NCBI GenBank assembly: GCA_040285855.1
Contig: JAUFOQ010000006.1
Location: 2,046,001 to 2,110,000 of the forward strand
Source of the DNA: Eukaryota sp. GEM-RC1
Taxonomy: Eukaryota
Direction: 5' to 3'
Length of the DNA: 64,000 bases
Shown here piece after piece: positions 60,929-64,000 of the stretch; positions within the stretch are counted from its first letter, which is position 1; each line of letters opens with the position of its first letter. The notes under the pieces are model-generated. The model had not been told where the DNA came from. It saw nothing but the letters and a program-made list of their open reading frames with translations, and made no database searches. The position numbers and the translations under genes are program-made.

Positions 60929-62240
60929 TTATGCAACAGGGAAGATGTTGAAAACGTCCATGAACCAGACGTGGAACAAAGTTAATGGTAACACAATAAT
61001 TGAACCAACCATAATCATAGTAGACATGAGTTCAGTTCCGATTTTGTATTGTTTGGAAATCGCAAAGGCGGCCATACTTAAAGGAGTGGAAGCAACAATC
61101 ACAGCAGCTCTAGCAGGGATTCCTTCTAATCCAAACATCATAGCAATAGGAATAATGATAAGAGGTCCAATGACTTCCTTGATTAAAATGAAGACAGCAA
61201 GAGATTTCCAGTTGGGGATAAGTCCTTTGAGACCCTTTTCCTTGATGTTAAGAGAAGCAAATAATCCAATGGCAAACATAGCGAGGGGAGTAGCACATGG
61301 TGCTAATGAAGTCAAGGTTTGAACAATGAAGTATAGGGGGTGGGTAGCATCGAAAGTAGGAGGCATGGGGGGATCTAAACGACCAGGTTGCTTGATTGGG
61401 ATTAAAGTAAAGGTCCATCCAATGATCAAAGCTAAAATGATTGGGTTGGAGAGGAGTTTGCAAGCAATTTTCTTAATGGAAACCTTTTTCATTGCTTCCA
61501 TAAAGGAAAGAGTTTTGGCTGTTCCAAAGTAGTCATTCTTTAGCTCTGAGTCCACTTCTACCACAACAACAGGCTTAGATTCTGGGGTGGCTTCGGCTTC
61601 GGATTCGTTAGATTCCTTTGCATCTTCATCTTCTCTTGCGGATTCTTCATCATTTACAACTTCGTCCTTAGATTCACTGTCAACAGATTCAACAGTGGTT
61701 GAACTATCACGTTGAATAGTATAAAGTTCAAACATAGTAAGCATCCAAGGAAGTTGTGCGATCCATGAAGAGATGGCAGCCCACAAACCAAAAATAGCTG
61801 CAGGAGGGCCATAGAGTGCTCTGAGGAAGGGTTGACCGATCAAGATCGTGGACGCCCAAGTGGAACCCAACCAACTGACAGTAACGTCTCCAAGAGTGTG
61901 CTTTTTCAAAAGACCAACTATGGTACAAGATGCCAACATAAATAGCCTGAACACAATCCAGGTGTCTGAGGTAAACAAGTCAATGAATATTCATACTAAT
62001 AAAATCCCAAATGTTATCACCAAAGGAATAGACATCTTGAGTCCATACTTGATGAAGAATAGCAGACTATAATAAACACATGAGCATAGAACACACTGGA
62101 AGAGCGACGAAGAATACAAATTGATTAAAAGCAACAAGGTAAAGATGCTTAATCTTTCCAAAATGTCCAAGAATGAATCCAGCGGCTATAACACAAAGGA
62201 GATAAAGACCGGCATTGATTGCCTCTAAATAGTTTGTCAT
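60929..62240 (-). CDS. Auxin efflux carrier (AEC/PIN-like, Mem_trans) family transporter; introns at 62067-62096 and 61966-61996
   Basis: NQFVFFVALP, T..IGQP, NPIILA, ATPLAMFAIG and STP motifs with an acidic central loop; splicing gives a continuous ORF from ATG 62240. Confidence 0.85.
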
Positions 62241-62527
62241 TGATTATGAGCGTGAAAGGAAGATTCTGCCTTCTAGAAATAGTCTTGCAAGACAGGTTGA
62301 GGGTCAAAAAGCTTCAAAAACATTTTGACCCTCAGGTGAAACTTCTGGTGACTTGCTGTGCTGGGATGATTACAAATGCTGTCTTGTAGCGTACCAATTT
62401 TCTTGTTGACTGTTGCAGTTCCGAGATTCATTGATATATTCGCAGACTCTTGACCTGTACCTATAAGAAGTGATTGATAGATAATCGTTCCTTTGATTGA
62501 TTCACCTTAGATTGCGATGCTGTTATG

Positions 62528-63378
62528 CAGGGACTGTCAAAAATATATTGCAATATATTGCAGGGCCAAAATGATTTGCAATGCAGTATTGCAATACTGC
62601 AATATATTGCAATAATTGGTAGCAATATAAATATTGTTGACGAGAGTATTTATTGTCTAAATTCCACTGATAAACCATAAGAACATCATTAAGTGATATC
62701 TAATTTGAGCAGTTTCTGATTCCCGTCTTGTGAACCAATCTAATGTCCTAATACTCTCTAGTTACAGAGAGACATAGTTGATTGGCAAAATTCCGATTAG
62801 ATAAGTAGTGTTTTGACAACACTTGCGCCATTCGAGTTCTACTGAAAAGTCGTTTTGCAACATTTATATGTTTCTGGAAAGAAATTTAATTGATTTTTTT
62901 ATTCGAGTTAAGACATCTTTAAACAGAGGAAACAGGTCCAGGACGTTCAGCAATTTCTTCAACTTCATCATCATCACTACTCACGTCATTTACTATCACA
63001 GAATTACATTGATGGAGTTGAGTTCCGGGAGATAGTTGAATAGTAGGCTTTTACCATCTGTTTTCGAACGGGACTAGAATTACACGTCATGTAAGATGAT
63101 GTGGAGAATGATATTAGTTTACATTTGTTAGTCAGATCTGACAGATACTACTTACTTGTAGTATAGACTTTCAATTGTACACAAAAAAATAACACTGGTG
63201 TATTATGTTGCTAAAGAAGTCTCAAGTAACAGAAAAACATTGGTCTAAAAATATTGTTCAAAATTGAAATTATTGCAATATATTGCAATACAAAATGAGG
63301 CTGCAATACAGTATTGCAATACACAATACACAATATTGCAATTATTGCAAAAGTGCAATATATTTTTGACAGTCCCTG
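62528..63378. mobile_element. hAT-type MITE
   Basis: TIRs CAGGGACTGTCAAAAATATATTGCA; perfect TSD CTGTTATG; TATTGCAATA subterminal repeats. Confidence 0.9.
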
Positions 63379-63491
63379 CTGTTATGAGATGTTATAGATG
63401 TTTTGCATTGTTAGCGAACAGGGTTCTATTAGGTTCATTCACAAAAAACGTTTTGTATTCCTTCTTAAACTAATTATCACGACCGGCACAG

Positions 63492-64000
63492 CAGGGATTG
63501 GAAGAAATATATTGATCTTGCAATATATTGCAATAAGTACAATAACAATATGGTATTGTTGGTACATAAACAATAACAATATCATAATGTTGGTGCATGT
63601 ACAATAACAATATATTGCAATATATATACACATGTTTATTCGGCACCCAATAAGGTAACCTTCCTACAAACTATGAAATTGTAAAAACAAACAAATAATA
63701 CTAAGATTAAATCCAAACGACTTCATCACCACCCGGTAAAAGATTACGTTTATCAACATTAGGATACAATATATTGATGTGTTATTGTTAGTGAAAAAAT
63801 TGATACAACAGTGTTTTATAGAGTCTTTATGGGAGAAAACAGTATCCATTAGAATAGACATTGACTCCTTAAGAAGAAGGAAACTAAACAAGACCATACA
63901 GTGAGTTTTACAATCGCCTTCGACTGTCAACATATTGTTTCAACCACAATCAATTCCGAGTACATTGACTTTCAGTCAAGTTGAGAGGCTGTTCAGTCAT
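63492..64000. mobile_element. Left end of a hAT element related to 10914-11694, containing a retroposon 3'-end fragment
   Basis: CAGGGATTGGAAGAAATATATTG terminus and ATATTGCAAT repeats; 63632-63760 matches 11854-11984; right end not seen. Confidence 0.6.

Noticed and set aside
1..64000. Alternative genetic code or polyadenylation-created stop codons
   Set aside because: TAA, TAG and TGA all end conserved genes at the expected positions, and premature stops are explained by indels or introns.

Overview
Compact, AT-rich eukaryotic nuclear DNA from a flagellated protist: it carries BBS5, DNAL4, SF-assemblin and CCDC13. Very short 5' regions, a TCAY initiator-like motif and bacterial-type catabolic genes suggest a metamonad-like anaerobe, but that placement is inference only. 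About 29 protein genes sit in dense blocks, often head-to-head only 17-105 bp apart. Seven tiny introns of 27-34 nt start GTNTGW. Many genes are split by +1/-1 indels in homopolymers, most likely long-read consensus errors. The gene blocks alternate with islands of nested mobile DNA: hAT-type elements with 8-bp TSDs, TA-flanked MITEs, decayed restriction-like-endonuclease (RLE) non-LTR retrotransposons, and a 934-bp gag-only LTR element. One tRNA-Arg(ACG) is present. Most unusual signals: (1) a perfect 2A/StopGo motif followed by an RNase H1 hybrid-binding-like domain; (2) the gag-only mini LTR element with 91-bp LTRs and no obvious tRNA primer site; (3) an RLE subfamily ending in an oligo(T) tail instead of poly(A), one copy abutting the tRNA gene; (4) a possible GT-AT intron; (5) reductive pyrimidine-catabolism genes and an LtaS-like enzyme of probable bacterial origin. 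All calls were made by eye, with no database searches.
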